DNA from: Candidatus Latescibacterota bacterium
Lineage (GTDB): Bacteria > Latescibacterota > UBA2968 > GCA-2709665
NCBI GenBank assembly: GCA_965208835.1
Contig: OZ242358.1
Coordinates: forward strand, 1,536,001-1,600,000
Length of the DNA: 64,000 nucleotides
Direction: 5' to 3'
Shown here: positions 62,401 to 64,000 of the stretch, piece by piece
Layout of the letters: every line of letters begins with the position of its first letter
Numbering within the stretch: position 1 is the stretch's first letter
Notes under the pieces: generated by a model
What the model saw: the letters and a program-made list of their open reading frames with translations, nothing else
What the model was told of the DNA's origin: nothing
The model's database searches: none
Program-made: the position numbers and the translations under genes

Positions 62401-62508
62401 CCACGGGTCTGCGTCTTCAATGATACGCCCGGCGACTTCCTTCGCGTCAGGGTCATCCGCCGCGCGTTGCCGGGCAAGTTGAATCTGTTCCGGTGTGTAG
62501 AGATTCAC
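59425..62508 (-). CDS. Heparinase II/III-family protein
   Basis: AYLLSGD.RYA, WESSPSY, HAHFDRL, LIPDLGY, NTLAHATVVVD motifs. Confidence 0.78.
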   Translation of the reverse strand: MNLYTPEQIQLARQRAADDPDAKEVAGRIIEDADPWLERDQDLIHSLMPGPEVPRSWTINFVSGCPVHGSGPNGYGGYAQGGWIHDPFKDQWRVTCAIGGESYPSNDFGAFYRSGMEDRSLLTGPYADDGWGWQGDDTPFRHWFIAYCCCSTWNTVVAGLTSLSQAYLLSGDGRYAHKALVILDRLAEVYPHMDYSRQSMYALEFSPGYTGKMNDLISESGTVRRLCHALDAVCDAIPGDPVFGSDADEFRKKVEAGIIGASLDGIYRGHVRSNYGGHQEALLIAALASGDRNEIDRAVEWTLNNTGEATELKEMLTHFDGYIFRDKAAHAEGINFALDNLIFREGMGWESSPSYNSSWVTHLTVIARLLEEQGIRIWDRPKFRRMYRWAEEMTCLDDFTPCIGDAGTTTGGHVSLDSATLRTAYRATGDALIGELLRGRETGFDSFESLLEEPVEPPSHADAAAELKEMAAESRLMGGFGLALLRSGRGRERAAVALYYGRAATEHAHFDRLNVELFAYGRKLIPDLGYGEHAAEGDRPAVWTKNTLAHATVVVDGRRQDSQGPGRLEHFVRARGLTWMQVDAPETYHHTSEYRRTLAFVEIAKDARYLLDCFRVEGGSQHDYSLHGFEGKFSVDGITLTPPQKQGTLAGRDVPFGAIYDDAGLTDPSRKGRSYYTYRGGGYSYLYDTRRGNPTASWSSNWRDVKNGIGLSTTFLPSDEAIVAHGDPPRKPGNPKQLTYVLLRNAGDGAASRFVAVHEPFKGTKKVHGVEQLDAGGETLALRVSHQYGEDTIHHAIGPSGGSFGMARHDDEGKLVSLHQSGQGSISADGHTLSIPGPLRGRIVEIDPGSSIITVERDRDSQAFRTAALKGDVARIGNARRAAAYNITAVEGRDRRYRIRFSDDSFRVGRFVITGRNPDGTGLSTKTNLYMAAQGYYRGAWLADRDHAHWLPVDDVELAPHAPGVRRDAGIRLVGGHDLSAGFGVGDIAYLYDVGPGDTIEITPTATAVRQRDGRFRIRANCRAILD

Positions 62509-62910
62509 CTGGACTCCTTTTCACGTGTGACCACCCGCTTTGTGGCGCTCGATGGAGCGAGCGTCTGCGCTTCCGCGGGCATCGATGTGGCGCCTGTTTC
62601 CAGCCCAACAGTATTTCAAAAGCGAGGTGAATTCGCAAGTGCATTTTCGACCGCCGGGACGGCATGGCCAGAAGGCCCGGGAACCGGGCATGGATCCGGG
62701 AGTCAGTCAGTCGTCGCTTGCCGAAGCGCTTGACGGTTGGCGCCGGATTTGATAAATAGTCACTGCGGTCCAGGATAATTTCGAGAAGACGAAATAGGAC
62801 AGGTGTGACCGTTTGTGTTTCTGTGCCTTTTGTGGCCAATGCCTTTTCGAAGTCAACCCGGCAGAGCCCAACACTAGCCACATAAGGTGAAGTTTTCAGG
62901 AGAAACCTGC

Positions 62911-63852
62911 ATGAAATACCGGTCGCTTGGACGAACCGGGCTTCGTGTTTCCGTCCTCGGCATTGGTACCGGCGGTCCGAGCCAGTTCGGACAGAATTCA
63001 GGCGTGCCTGAGACCGACGTCAGCCGGATGGTGCGCAGGGCGCTGGCGCTGGGCGTCAATTTTTTCGACACCGCCGCGGGCTACGGGGAAAGCGAAGCCA
63101 TTCTCGGCAGGGCGTTGACGGGTGTGCCGCGGGACGAATACGTGCTGGCCACAAAGGTGCAGGTGGCGCGCGACGAATGGACGGCCACGCCCGAAGACGT
63201 GGTCGCCACCGTGGAACTGAGCCTTGAACGGCTGCGGGTGGACGTTATTGACATTATGCAGTTTCACGGCGTAAAACCGGAAGACTATGCACGCACGATC
63301 GGGATATTTCTGCCTGTAATGGCGCGGCTACAGGAACAGGGTAAATTCCGCTTTCTCGGCGTATCGGAAACCTATTCCCAGGATTTCCGACACGAGATGT
63401 TTCCGATGGCGCTTGCCGACGACCATTTTGACACCGCGATGGTCGGTTACAATATGATCAGCCCGACGGCGGAGCGTCGTGTCCTGCCGATGTGCCTTGA
63501 GAGAAACGTGGGTGTAATCTGTATGGTGGCGGTACGAAGGGCGCTGAGCAGGCCGGAGGTGCTGGCTGAGCGCATCGCCTATGCAAAGAAAACGGGCCTG
63601 ATTGAACGGGATTCGGTACCGGACGAAGATCCGCTGGGCTGGCTCGTGAAGGGCCATGTGACTTCACTGCCGGCGGCCGCCTACAAGTACGTGGCGTCAC
63701 ATCCTGCGATGGGCACGGTCCTGACGGGTACGGCGAACATCGATCACCTGGAGGCGAACGTGAAGGCCATTCTCGGTCCGCCGCTTCCTGACGACGATTT
63801 GGCACGATTGAGAGATATCTTTGGCGCCGTGTGGGAGCCTTTGGGGAATTGA
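62911..63852 (+). CDS. Aldo/keto reductase
   Basis: YRSLGRTGLRVS.LG.G, FFDTAAGYG.SE, LATK, GKFRFLGVS. Confidence 0.9.
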   Translation: MKYRSLGRTGLRVSVLGIGTGGPSQFGQNSGVPETDVSRMVRRALALGVNFFDTAAGYGESEAILGRALTGVPRDEYVLATKVQVARDEWTATPEDVVATVELSLERLRVDVIDIMQFHGVKPEDYARTIGIFLPVMARLQEQGKFRFLGVSETYSQDFRHEMFPMALADDHFDTAMVGYNMISPTAERRVLPMCLERNVGVICMVAVRRALSRPEVLAERIAYAKKTGLIERDSVPDEDPLGWLVKGHVTSLPAAAYKYVASHPAMGTVLTGTANIDHLEANVKAILGPPLPDDDLARLRDIFGAVWEPLGN

Positions 63853-63892
63853 CCCGATCCGGTGACCGCTCGCTTGTTGAAAGGTCCGTTCC

Positions 63893-64000
63893 ATGCTCGA
63901 AACAACTGCCGAATCCGAGGCAATGGCGGTCGACGCCGGGAAATCCGGCGTCTCGCTTATAGACGCGGACGTCCACAATTATCCCGATTCCATCGACGAA
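63893..64000 (+). CDS. 5' part of an amidohydrolase-family protein, runs off the window end
   Basis: Manual translation MLETTAESEAMAVDAGKSGVSLIDADVHNYPDSIDE; IDADVH metal-binding motif. Confidence 0.6.
   Translation, partial: MLETTAESEAMAVDAGKSGVSLIDADVHNYPDSIDE

Overview
High-GC bacterial chromosome segment. The gene content (two PhyH-family dioxygenases, tandem UxuA-like dehydratases, heparinase II/III, a lamin-tail/FlgD protein, a DGGGP-synthase-like UbiA) suggests an FCB-superphylum lineage such as Latescibacterota or Gemmatimonadota, possibly host-associated; this taxonomy is inference. Layout: 1-6.4 kb accessory metabolic genes, then tRNA-Ala(GGC). 7-31 kb housekeeping core (ligA, UbiA, XPB helicase, tsaD, ftsK, lolA, frameshifted prfB, lysS, lolD, clpC, bamA, skp, fabZ). 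31-37.5 kb aapJQMP amino-acid ABC transporter and a dimethylformamidase-beta-like gene. About 38.7-53.3 kb is a visibly more AT-rich, minus-strand island and the most notable element. It encodes a dual-cNMP C39-peptidase ABC exporter, HlyD, a PpiC-type isomerase, a CPBP/CAAX protease and an AraC regulator. It also carries two unannotated double-glycine-type leader precursors with long cores, each followed by a TPR protein, plus small charged or Cys-rich ORFs, and no recognisable tailoring enzyme. 53.6-64 kb holds sugar-acid and oxidoreductase catabolic genes. Several non-coding repeat families and a candidate structured leader RNA are present. No CRISPR array or rRNA was found.
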